From Candidatus Nanoarchaeia archaeon (GTDB lineage: Archaea; Nanobdellota; Nanobdellia; Woesearchaeales; SM23-78): a DNA stretch of 62,083 bases. Positions within the stretch are counted from its first letter, which is position 1. Each line of letters starts with the position of its first letter. Shown piece after piece: positions 15,713 through 23,604 of the stretch. The DNA lies in the NCBI GenBank assembly GCA_035289665.1, contig DATDWO010000071.1:1-62083 (forward strand), written 5' to 3'. The notes below the pieces were generated by a model. The model did not search any database. It saw only the letters and a program-made list of their open reading frames with translations, and had not been told where the DNA came from. A program made the translations under genes and the position numbers.

Positions 15713-18700
15713 ATGAACCGATATGGGACCTGTTTATGCTTGTTTCTAGTCTTGATTCTTTCAAGCGCCGTAGAAGGAACCACCTTCACAAAGCCGTTTG
15801 TATCTCCTTCGACAACGATCAACACAGACTCCTCATCCACCTGCATCGGTACATTTATCCCGGGTTGCAATGACCAACTCCAGTTCTTGAACGTCCCCAC
15901 AGGCAAGTATCAGGTCGTTTTTCGAGGAGGTTACTTTGTAAATCCGCCGGGTTTAGAAGAAGTACGAGTAGAGTTTACAGGCTCCAAAAGTCCAATTGTA
16001 ATTCCAGATCAGTACGATGGAAATGCCGATCCAAACCCGAACCATGAACCAATTAAGTTTTTCACTTCACCTCCCACTCAATCATTTGATGTAACAGTCT
16101 CGGGCCAAACTGTAACGTTAACGAATCAGCCCATTCCTCCTTCAAATGCAAGGTATTCAATCCAGGCAGAATTTGCAACCCTCACCCGGATCGGGAATGT
16201 TCCACAACTACCCACGATCAATGCGCCGAACATTAACCTTCCATGTACCGGAACGCAGACTCAAGTCACCTGGTCAAGTTTTGTTTCTGATCTAGACACA
16301 CCTCTTTCTTCTTTAACCTTCACTGCCGTTCAGGAGCCGCCCATCACGACTCCATTAACCATTTCCGTGGTTGGTTTTTTCGTGATCATCTCATACCCGG
16401 CCAATACCAACATCAATGAACGCATTCGTTACACGGTAAGAGACCCAGAAGGTAACAGTGCAACTCAAGTCATTACATTCACTGTAAGCGGTTGCGCTCC
16501 TCCAACTGGTTGCGGTTTAGTTGGGGGTTGCCCAGTAAGTTGTCCAGCAGGACAAGGCTGCATAGGTTCAACAACTGGAGGATGCGGTGGAACCTGCCAA
16601 CCCATCACAACCGGATGTGGTTCTTTCTCAAATTGTCAACAATTTTGCCAGCCAGGGTTTATCTGTACTGGCGCTTTCCCAAATGGATGCGGGGGAAGCT
16701 GTCAATTCAATCCTCAAGGGTGTGGCTTGGTCGCAGGTTGTAACACCTTTTGTCCTCAAGGCCAAACCTGTGTGGGTTCGACAACGGGCGGGTGCGGCGG
16801 AACCTGCCAACCCATCACAACCGGCTGCGGCTTCTTATCCAATTGCCAGCAACAATGTCCCAATGGGTTCATTTGCTCGGGTGCCACTTCAGGGGGATGC
16901 GGAGGAAACTGTCAACTCAATACGCAAGGGTGTGGTTTCATCAGTGGCTGCGGTCTTCTCTGTCCTACCGGTCAGACTTGTGTAAACTCAACATTGGGAG
17001 CTTGTGGAGGCATTTGTCAATCGACCACTCAAGGATGTGGCTTCTTATCCAATTGCCAGCAACAATGTCCCAATGGGTTCATTTGCTCGGGTGCCACTTC
17101 AGGGGGATGCGGAGGAAGCTGCCAATTTAATACACAAGGGTGTGGTCTAGTTGCAGGTTGTCAGCAATCTTGTCCAACGGGGTTTGTCTGTGCAGGCTCT
17201 ACAACCGGAGGGTGTGGCGGAACGTGTCAGCCTTCCAATCAAGGATGCGGCTTTGTAGCGGGTTGCTCGCTGTTGTGCAGTTTGGGACAAACCTGTGCAA
17301 ACTCAGTTCCAGGTTCATGTGGAGGAACCTGTTGTTTCGCTCCGCGCTGGGATGTCTCTCCACTGCCAACCGAAACCATCACGCCCGGACAGTTCTTCCA
17401 ATTATTTGACTTAGATGCCTTTACTACAGACCCTGACACCTTAGACAGTGGCTTAACCTACACGGTTTCAGGTCAAGTTCTTTTAACAGTTTTCATCGAC
17501 CCACTCACACATATTGTAAGCGTTAGTTATCCGCCAGGCCTACAGAGTTTGGACGAAACCTTGACATTTACAGTTTCAGATGGAGGGTGTGGCTCGGCAA
17601 CGGTAACGAAGCGTTTCATCGTCTCTCCAGGCAACACGTTAGGGTGTGGTTTCTTATCCAATTGTCAACAACTGTGTCCCAGCGGATTTACATGTTCAGG
17701 TGCTACTCCCGGAGGGTGCGGAGGAAACTGCATCCCATCTACAACCGGGTGCGGTCTAATTGCCGGCTGTCAACAACAATGCAGTTCAGGTTTCAACTGT
17801 GTAGGCTCCACAGCAGGAGGCTGCGGGGGCACCTGCCAACCTGCTTTATCAGGGTGCGGCCCAATCATCGGCTGTCAGGATCAATGTGCTACAGGATTTA
17901 CTTGCACAGGTTTCGCCCCGAATAGTTGTGGGGGCACATGCACTCAGAACAATGCCACAACCGGTTGCGGTGCTTTAACCAGTTGTCAACCACAATGTGC
18001 ACAGGGCTTTGTTTGCTCTAATTTCATGCCTGGAGGCTGTGGGGGGGTATGTATACCGATGAATACCACTGTAGGTTGCGGAGCACTTTCTACTTGCCAA
18101 AGCCCTTGCAGTTCAGGGACGACTTGTGTGGGCTTCATGCCAGGTGGTTGCGGAGGAACGTGTATGACCACTAACTCAGGGTGTGGCTCCATCGCAGGTT
18201 GTTCAGTAGTTTGTCCATCAGGGTTTACATGTTCAGGTTCTCAAACCAATGGTTGCGGAGGCTCTTGCATATCAATCAATAACACGCAAGGATGCGGCCT
18301 AGTTGCAGGTTGTGGTACAACCTGCGCAGTAGGCCAAACGTGTGTAAGTTATATACTAGGGGGATGCGGTGGAACATGTACAGGCAGTAATTGCACCCAA
18401 CCACCCATGCTGAGTCAAATACCGGATCAGATCAATAATTGCCAACAGCAGCTCCAAACCTTTGACTTGGATAACTTTGCAAACGACCCGGACAATACCG
18501 ACGACCAATTAACATTCAGTGTAACTGGAGGCAGTATACTCTTAGTCAGCATCGATCCAACAACGCATGTAGTTACCATCACTCATCCGATGAATCGGGA
18601 TCTTTCAGAGACCTTAACGTTTACAGTAAGAGATCCGTGCGGGAATACAGATTCAAGAACAGCTACTTTCAGCGTGAGAGGTTGTGGTTCCATGATCCCT

Positions 18701-19423
18701 CCTCCACCCTTTTTCCCTCCACAGTATCCTATGTTCCCGCCACCTTTGTTCGGCCCTTCTGAGTGTAAAATCAGTACAGGTCATGGTTTGCTCCTGGATG
18801 CGAATTGCAACCGTATTCCAGACATATTTGAAACAGCACAATTGCAAGTGGCACCGCAAGTTGAAGTGTCTAGGCAGGTAGTGCAGGAAGCTATAGTGAA
18901 AAAGGTGGCAACCGCGCCAAGAATACGTCAATTGAATTTCGCCACAGCAGAAGATCAGACTTCTAAAGTCTTGGTCCTAGAGAGTAGAGATGCTAGGAGT
19001 GGAGATAGCACGGTCTTCCCGATCAAGATAACAAATAATGGAGAGAGTACCCGAGCCTATCAAGTCTTTGCAGAAGGCACGGAGCCTTGGGGTACGTATG
19101 TGATGAGTGAGGGCAGTGTCCTTTTAATCCCTCCGCATCAATCGCGAGATTTAGAAATGAAAGTGTATGCGTATAAGTATGCCTCTCCAGGGGATAATGC
19201 CTTCCGATTGGTAGTGCGTTCAGGAGAAGATGAGGAAAAGACAGACTTGAAAGTGCACGTCCTTCCCTCCTTAGAAAGCGATGTCAACCCATGGATCATG
19301 AATTTATTAATGGCGTTTAGTACGTTGATCTTGATCAGCATAGTGGTCATTTTACTGCAGCGAAAAAGGTTTAAGCCTGTAAAGAAGGCCGCAAAGAGGG
19401 TGGCAAAGAGAAGGAATAGGTGA
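15713..19423 (+). CDS. giant cysteine-rich repeat surface protein (signal peptide, 3 Ig/cadherin-like modules, 15 six-Cys repeats, C-terminal TM anchor)
   Basis: Signal peptide MNRYGTCLCLFLVLILSSAVEG. Repeats follow GCGxxxxCxxxCxxGxxCxxxxxxxCGGxC. Modules end in TFTV(S/R)D. C-terminal TM LLMAFSTLILISIVVILL plus a basic tail. Confidence 0.85.
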   Translation: MNRYGTCLCLFLVLILSSAVEGTTFTKPFVSPSTTINTDSSSTCIGTFIPGCNDQLQFLNVPTGKYQVVFRGGYFVNPPGLEEVRVEFTGSKSPIVIPDQYDGNADPNPNHEPIKFFTSPPTQSFDVTVSGQTVTLTNQPIPPSNARYSIQAEFATLTRIGNVPQLPTINAPNINLPCTGTQTQVTWSSFVSDLDTPLSSLTFTAVQEPPITTPLTISVVGFFVIISYPANTNINERIRYTVRDPEGNSATQVITFTVSGCAPPTGCGLVGGCPVSCPAGQGCIGSTTGGCGGTCQPITTGCGSFSNCQQFCQPGFICTGAFPNGCGGSCQFNPQGCGLVAGCNTFCPQGQTCVGSTTGGCGGTCQPITTGCGFLSNCQQQCPNGFICSGATSGGCGGNCQLNTQGCGFISGCGLLCPTGQTCVNSTLGACGGICQSTTQGCGFLSNCQQQCPNGFICSGATSGGCGGSCQFNTQGCGLVAGCQQSCPTGFVCAGSTTGGCGGTCQPSNQGCGFVAGCSLLCSLGQTCANSVPGSCGGTCCFAPRWDVSPLPTETITPGQFFQLFDLDAFTTDPDTLDSGLTYTVSGQVLLTVFIDPLTHIVSVSYPPGLQSLDETLTFTVSDGGCGSATVTKRFIVSPGNTLGCGFLSNCQQLCPSGFTCSGATPGGCGGNCIPSTTGCGLIAGCQQQCSSGFNCVGSTAGGCGGTCQPALSGCGPIIGCQDQCATGFTCTGFAPNSCGGTCTQNNATTGCGALTSCQPQCAQGFVCSNFMPGGCGGVCIPMNTTVGCGALSTCQSPCSSGTTCVGFMPGGCGGTCMTTNSGCGSIAGCSVVCPSGFTCSGSQTNGCGGSCISINNTQGCGLVAGCGTTCAVGQTCVSYILGGCGGTCTGSNCTQPPMLSQIPDQINNCQQQLQTFDLDNFANDPDNTDDQLTFSVTGGSILLVSIDPTTHVVTITHPMNRDLSETLTFTVRDPCGNTDSRTATFSVRGCGSMIPPPPFFPPQYPMFPPPLFGPSECKISTGHGLLLDANCNRIPDIFETAQLQVAPQVEVSRQVVQEAIVKKVATAPRIRQLNFATAEDQTSKVLVLESRDARSGDSTVFPIKITNNGESTRAYQVFAEGTEPWGTYVMSEGSVLLIPPHQSRDLEMKVYAYKYASPGDNAFRLVVRSGEDEEKTDLKVHVLPSLESDVNPWIMNLLMAFSTLILISIVVILLQRKRFKPVKKAAKRVAKRRNR
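16508..17335 (+). repeat. Cys-repeat block 1 (8 units of ~35 aa)
   Basis: Units such as GCGLVGGCPVSCPAGQGCIGSTTGGCGGTCQPITT. Includes a perfect 79-bp duplication, 16829-16907 = 17039-17117. Confidence 0.9.
17642..18394 (+). repeat. Cys-repeat block 2 (7 units of ~35-37 aa)
   Basis: Units such as GCGFLSNCQQLCPSGFTCSGATPGGCGGNCIPSTT. Confidence 0.9.
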
Positions 19424-19427
19424 AAGC

Positions 19428-20045
19428 TTGGATTGGATTCTTTTTGTTATTTTGGTGGGAGCTGCATCGGTGTTGAGTGGGGCATATTATTATGTCATTC
19501 GCCAACAGCGCAGATCTAAGGTTTGCACGGATGCAGAAGCCGTGTATCAATACATCCAAGCACAGTTTAAGAAAGGCTTTAGTGAAGAGCGGATCAAGAA
19601 GGACCTATATCGGCTGGATTGGAAGAAGGACCTATCTCATGAATCGTTAGAAGAAGAGTCAAAAAAGGGCTCTATCCAAGATCAAGGTGCCTTAGTCTTG
19701 CGCTTTTCCTTAGGGTTGATCTTTTTTTATCAGGGTTTGTTCGTAAAGATCATTCAAGGGATCCAAGATGTGCCTATAAGCTCATCGACCATTGCAGCAA
19801 CGAGTCATACAACCGCGATTATGATCGGCTTGTTTCAATTGGTGTTCGGCCTTTTGTTGCTCGCAGGTCTTTGGACGCGTTTCGTGGCAGCCTTGTGCGC
19901 CTTATACCTCACGCAGGTAACCATGATGGTAACCATCACAGGGAGTCCAGCCACAGATACGATCCTACTCTTGACCATTTCTTTGACATTGGTAATCCTA
20001 GGCGGAGGAGATGCCAGTGCAGATCGATATGTTGGGCTTCCTTAG
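19428..20045 (+). CDS. membrane protein with C-terminal DoxX-like domain
   Basis: TTG start, N-terminal TM. LRFSLGLIFFYQGLFVKI plus three further TM segments resemble DoxX. Confidence 0.45.
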   Translation: MDWILFVILVGAASVLSGAYYYVIRQQRRSKVCTDAEAVYQYIQAQFKKGFSEERIKKDLYRLDWKKDLSHESLEEESKKGSIQDQGALVLRFSLGLIFFYQGLFVKIIQGIQDVPISSSTIAATSHTTAIMIGLFQLVFGLLLLAGLWTRFVAALCALYLTQVTMMVTITGSPATDTILLLTISLTLVILGGGDASADRYVGLP

Positions 20046-20080
20046 TTCGGCGAAACTTATTTAAACCCTCTTTCTCGAGG

Positions 20081-21034
20081 ATGAGCATGGCGGCTCCTTG
20101 GGAAGAGGCAGGTACTTTTGCGAAGCATCACATCATGTTGATGTTTGCAATCAACTTGATTCTTGCATTGAGTGTGTTGGTGTACTTATATTCCGATTTG
20201 AAGACGTTTAAAGAGGATATGACGCAAAGGGTGGGTCATCTAGAGGCAGGAGTCACAGCAAAGTTAGACTTGTTGCAGAACGAAACCCGCTCAAACCAAG
20301 AAGCATTGGAGTATCGGATAGAGAGTAAGGACAAGGTTTTAGAGCAGGCAGTTCGTTCGATACGGGATGAGTATCAAGTGCGTATACAGACGTTGTTGAA
20401 GACCGTTACTGAGATCGAGCAGAAGAGCAATGTGGAGTTGGACGATTTAAAAAAACAGCTGGAAGACACGAGTAATCTTCCCAAGGATTTTTCAGGCGTG
20501 GTGGACCGGGCTTTGACCAGCATCGTAAGCGTTACGACGGATAAAGCATTAGGGAGTGGAGCAATTATTTCAACAGATGGATTTATTGTGACGAACAACC
20601 ATGTAGTGGAGGGGGCAAAGAGTGTCTCAATTACCTTACGCTCAGGTAAAGTGTACGGTGCGAAGGTGATTTACAAAACGGCAGATAATGACCTAGCTTT
20701 TTTGAAGATTCAGGAATCGAATTTGCAAGTCTTGGATTTTGCTAATTCAGACCTATTGAAGCCCGGTGAAAAAGTGATTGCTTTGGGCAATCCAGCCGGG
20801 TTGCAGTTTTCAGCAACCGAGGGCATTGTGAGTGCATTGCATCGCACCGTGGGCACATTTAGAGATGTCTTGCAGATTGACGCGACGATCGAGCAGGGGA
20901 GTTCTGGAGGCCCTTTAATCAACAAGTATGGCAAGATCATCGGGATCACTTCATTTCGGGTGAAAGGACAGGATAATTTGGGCTTTGCCATTCCAAGTAA
21001 CACTGTTAAAAAAGTGTTTGAGAGCGTGAGGTAG
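20081..21034 (+). CDS. membrane-anchored trypsin-like (HtrA/S1C-type) serine protease without PDZ
   Basis: Triad context TNNHVV, DNDLAFLKI, GSSGGPLIN. N-terminal TM plus coiled coil. Start moved to ATG 20081, downstream of gaaacttatttaaa. Confidence 0.75.
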   Translation: MSMAAPWEEAGTFAKHHIMLMFAINLILALSVLVYLYSDLKTFKEDMTQRVGHLEAGVTAKLDLLQNETRSNQEALEYRIESKDKVLEQAVRSIRDEYQVRIQTLLKTVTEIEQKSNVELDDLKKQLEDTSNLPKDFSGVVDRALTSIVSVTTDKALGSGAIISTDGFIVTNNHVVEGAKSVSITLRSGKVYGAKVIYKTADNDLAFLKIQESNLQVLDFANSDLLKPGEKVIALGNPAGLQFSATEGIVSALHRTVGTFRDVLQIDATIEQGSSGGPLINKYGKIIGITSFRVKGQDNLGFAIPSNTVKKVFESVR

Positions 21035-21035
21035 A

Positions 21036-21392
21036 TTGAAAGAGGCGGAATCTAAGCTCTTAGAAGAAATTTCTCATATGTTTGATGAAATATTTGTGGA
21101 TTGTGATGAGGAGTTCATGGATCTAGCAGAGGAAAAGAGAGACATCGAATTATTCTTAAAGAAAACCTTTCCGGAAGCAATGGAGGCCTTAGACCGGTAC
21201 AAGCAGGACCCTTCCAGAGAGAATGAACAAACATTAGAATCCTGCATTGATCTATTGAAGACACAGTATATGCGGATCGACCATATCAGTTTAACCGTAG
21301 AGCATCTAGTGAGTAGTTTGGCCAAATTGATGGATCGCTTGGAGTCCAGCATGAAGAAAATGAAGGAGAATCAGGAAGAGTCGATTTCTTGA
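21036..21392 (+). CDS. hypothetical acidic coiled-coil protein
   Basis: 118-aa ORF with a TTG start 2 nt after the protease stop. Confidence 0.4.
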   Translation: MKEAESKLLEEISHMFDEIFVDCDEEFMDLAEEKRDIELFLKKTFPEAMEALDRYKQDPSRENEQTLESCIDLLKTQYMRIDHISLTVEHLVSSLAKLMDRLESSMKKMKENQEESIS

Positions 21393-21895
21393 AAGCTTTG
21401 GTAAAGTGCAAACTTGGTCCCAGGGGAACGCTTCTCCAAAGGGTCGATCAAAGGGTGGGGAGGATCTTTTTTTATCTTCTTGTATCCAATTAATTTACAG
21501 GTTTGAATGACCTCTTCTTCGAGGAGGCTTGTGGGGAAGCGCAAGAGTTTTTCATCCGGAGAAGGCTTTCCAGTAAGGAAAGGATCAAGCCTTCGCTTAA
21601 TTTCCCGATCAAGGCTGCTGGGAAGGATCTTTTTCCCTCGAACATTTCCGAAGCTTTTTACAGCTCTCAACTGGAGTCTGTTTTCAAAAATCTGCTCGAA
21701 TAGCCAATTCGCAATAAAATATTCTTTACCTTGGTCTTTCAGAATGGCTGCTCGATCTTTTCCTTTAAAATAGGCTTTCTGTCGGAGTTCTTTCTGAGCG
21801 CGGTGTTGGATGAGTCGTAAAAAGCAGTTCTTGCAGTAAGTAAGTTGAGTGTAACTCAGTTTTACTCTTCCAGGTTTTCCACAGGAGCAGGGCAT
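21371..21895 (-). CDS. TtuA/NcsA-like protein lacking a recognisable PP-loop
   Basis: N-terminal CxC...CxxC (PCSCGK...YCKNCF) and C-terminal LLRFPTSLLEEEVIQTCKLIG...LEKRSPGTKF resemble tRNA thiolation ATPases. No SGGxDS motif is seen. Confidence 0.35.
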   Translation of the reverse strand: MPCSCGKPGRVKLSYTQLTYCKNCFLRLIQHRAQKELRQKAYFKGKDRAAILKDQGKEYFIANWLFEQIFENRLQLRAVKSFGNVRGKKILPSSLDREIKRRLDPFLTGKPSPDEKLLRFPTSLLEEEVIQTCKLIGYKKIKKDPPHPLIDPLEKRSPGTKFALYQSFQEIDSS

Positions 21896-22014
21896 AGAAA
21901 AAAAGAAGGGTAAGGTCTTTTAAAAGCTTAAGCAAATATACACTTCCGTGACATTTGTTGCTCGGTAAGCAGAAAATAGAGTATTTTTGTCACCATTCTG
22001 TAATGGTATTTGAG

Positions 22015-22029
22015 CGAAAGGTTTAAATA
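22015..22029 (+). promoter_or_regulatory. orphan BRE/TATA-like promoter
   Basis: cgaaaggtttaaata matches the local promoter consensus. No protein-coding ORF lies downstream on the + strand. Confidence 0.4.
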
Positions 22030-22088
22030 GCTTCTTCCGATACACCTCCTCGAGGATCACATCTTTGTTTTCCGACTCACCTCTTTTT

Positions 22089-22120
22089 CCCGGGGAGGGC
22101 TTCGGCTCTCCTTGGGTTTT
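22089..22120 (+). terminator. 12-bp hairpin with UUCG loop followed by a T-run
   Basis: cccggggagggc-ttcg-gctctccttggg then tttt. The three G:T pairs work only for the + strand RNA. Confidence 0.45.
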
Positions 22121-22451
22121 ATCTTTCCAGAACTCTTTCCAAGTCCTCTCGAGTAAGATCGGCTTGCTTAAGTATGCTTAGAAGCGTTCCCTTTTTTAAT
22201 TCTGAGTGCATGGGCACTACAGGCTTTCTTGTCAAGAACCGCCTATTAAGGAGGGAACATAAAATAGCGGTTCTTGAGCATGTTCAGAAATTTCCAGCTA
22301 TCCAAAAAACAGACTGATGGAAATTTCTGACATTTCATCCCATTGCGATAACCAACCATAATGACATGGCTTCCTTTCTGATCGAGAGCTTCAAAGCCAA
22401 ATTTGGAAAGAATTTGACCATTTCTTTACCAGAGAGAAGAGGAAGTTTCAT
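22119..22451 (-). pseudogene. hicA: hicA toxin pseudogene (1-nt frameshift plus 103-bp insertion)
   Basis: The ATG overlaps the hicB stop (ATGA). Reads MKLPLLSGKEMVKFFP, then a frameshift in a 3-nt run (plus ttt 22402-22404), then KFGFEALDQKGSHVIMVGYRNGMK. The insertion at 22230-22332 follows, then RKPVVPMHSELKKGTLLSILKQADLTREDLERVLER-stop. Confidence 0.7.
22230..22332. mobile_element. two-hairpin miniature element, copy A (inside hicA)
   Basis: TGTCA...TGACA termini. Hairpin 1 is 22232-22242 / 22267-22277, linker gcatgt, hairpin 2 is 22284-22295 / 22319-22330. Removing exactly 103 bp restores the hicA frame. Confidence 0.6.
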
Positions 22452-22669
22452 ACAGCGGCTGCAACCTGACTTAGAATCGGTTTACTCGGCTTTGTTAAGG
22501 CCTTTAGCTCGTCTGGCTCAGCGTGCTCCAACCACAGCTCGAAGGCTTCCTGAAGGTTCTTTAGGGCTTCTTGCGACGTTTTGCCTTGACTGGCTAGCTC
22601 AACTTCTACACCACGAGCTACATAATACCTTCCATCTTTTGAGACGACCGCTGAAAGCTTTCTTTCCAT
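22448..22669 (-). CDS. hicB: HicB-family antitoxin
   Basis: SAVVSKDGRYYVARGVEVELASQGKTSQEALKNLQEAFELWLE is typical of the HicB/UPF0150 fold. Confidence 0.7.
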   Translation of the reverse strand: MERKLSAVVSKDGRYYVARGVEVELASQGKTSQEALKNLQEAFELWLEHAEPDELKALTKPSKPILSQVAAAV

Positions 22670-22814
22670 GGCGAGTTATAATGCTTAATTCTTTATATGT
22701 CTTTCCTAGAAAAATCCGGAAACTTTTCGAAGGATCTGAATGGTCTCTAACGTCTATTGTACACAATTAAGTTACAGGCGAAAATTTGATATATTCATTA
22801 ACTACAATTGACCT

Positions 22815-23484
22815 ATGCACAATAAAACTAAACAAGAACAGTGGAATGATGTGTATGATAAATTCTATGGAAACAGGCGTTCAGTTTGGAGAGAGAACGC
22901 TACTCCTTTTTTTACGAACAAAATTGACTACCTAAAACATAAGAAAGTCAAAACTGTCCTGGATGCTGGCTGTGGCGATGGGAGAAACCTAATCGCTTTT
23001 GCAAACGCTGGTTTCGAAATTACAGGGGTTGATATATCTGATATAGCATTGAAGAAATGCCACAAAGCAGTTGGAAGGAAAAAAAAATGTTACCCTTAAG
23101 AGAGAGCCGCTTGAGGAATTGAGTTTCAAACCATCATCATTTGATGCTATAATATGCGATTTTGTTCTTGTGCATGTAGAAGAAATTGAAAAAGTATTAT
23201 CTAATTTCCACAAGGTGCTAAAAATGGGGGGCTATGCTTTACTGGAATTTATATCGACAAAAGATGAACGTTGTAACCGCGGTCAAAAAGTTGGACGGAA
23301 TCAATATCTCCAACATGGTACATTCATCAGAACATTTGACATCAAAGATATCGAACGCCTGTTAAAAAAATTTAATATACTATTTATTGAAACAGAGTAT
23401 TATACTGACCCACACCACGGCGGCGGTTATCATAGGAAAGAAAGGCATATACATCATTCCTATTTTGTAATTGCACAAAAATAA
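22815..23484 (+). pseudogene. class I SAM-dependent methyltransferase interrupted by a frameshift in an A9 run
   Basis: VLDAGCGDGRNL is motif I. ORFs 22815..23099 and 23071..23484 join across aaaaaaaaa 23079-23087 (..KAVGRK | KNVTLKREPLEELSFKPSSFDAIICDFVLVHV..). Confidence 0.6.
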
Positions 23485-23604
23485 TTTTCCCTTCTCTAAA
23501 CTTCTCGCTCCTGTTAGACCGTTCACTTAACAGCGACTATGCAAAAAGCTTGTTAGGCCTCGCTTTCCAAAATTGGCTTCTCCAACCTCATATAATCGCA
23601 TACA

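Noticed and set aside
16492-17925. Multiple overlapping alternative-frame and antisense ORFs inside the giant gene (for example 16492..16743, 16587..16985, 16750..17130, 17587..17925).
   Set aside because: They arise from the periodic GC-rich Cys-repeat DNA. The long frame with a signal peptide, domains and an anchor explains the region.
22230-22332. Possibility that the 103-nt insertion in hicA is an archaeal bulge-helix-bulge intron removed at RNA level.
   Set aside because: The junctions lie at the base of a simple terminal helix (UGUCA/UGACA). They do not lie in two 3-nt bulges separated by a 4-bp helix. A second copy lies in non-coding DNA, and hicA also carries an independent frameshift.
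22366-22770. 134-aa ORF on the + strand.
   Set aside because: It is antisense to the well-supported hicB and to the hicA remnant, and it has no motif. It was treated as a shadow ORF.
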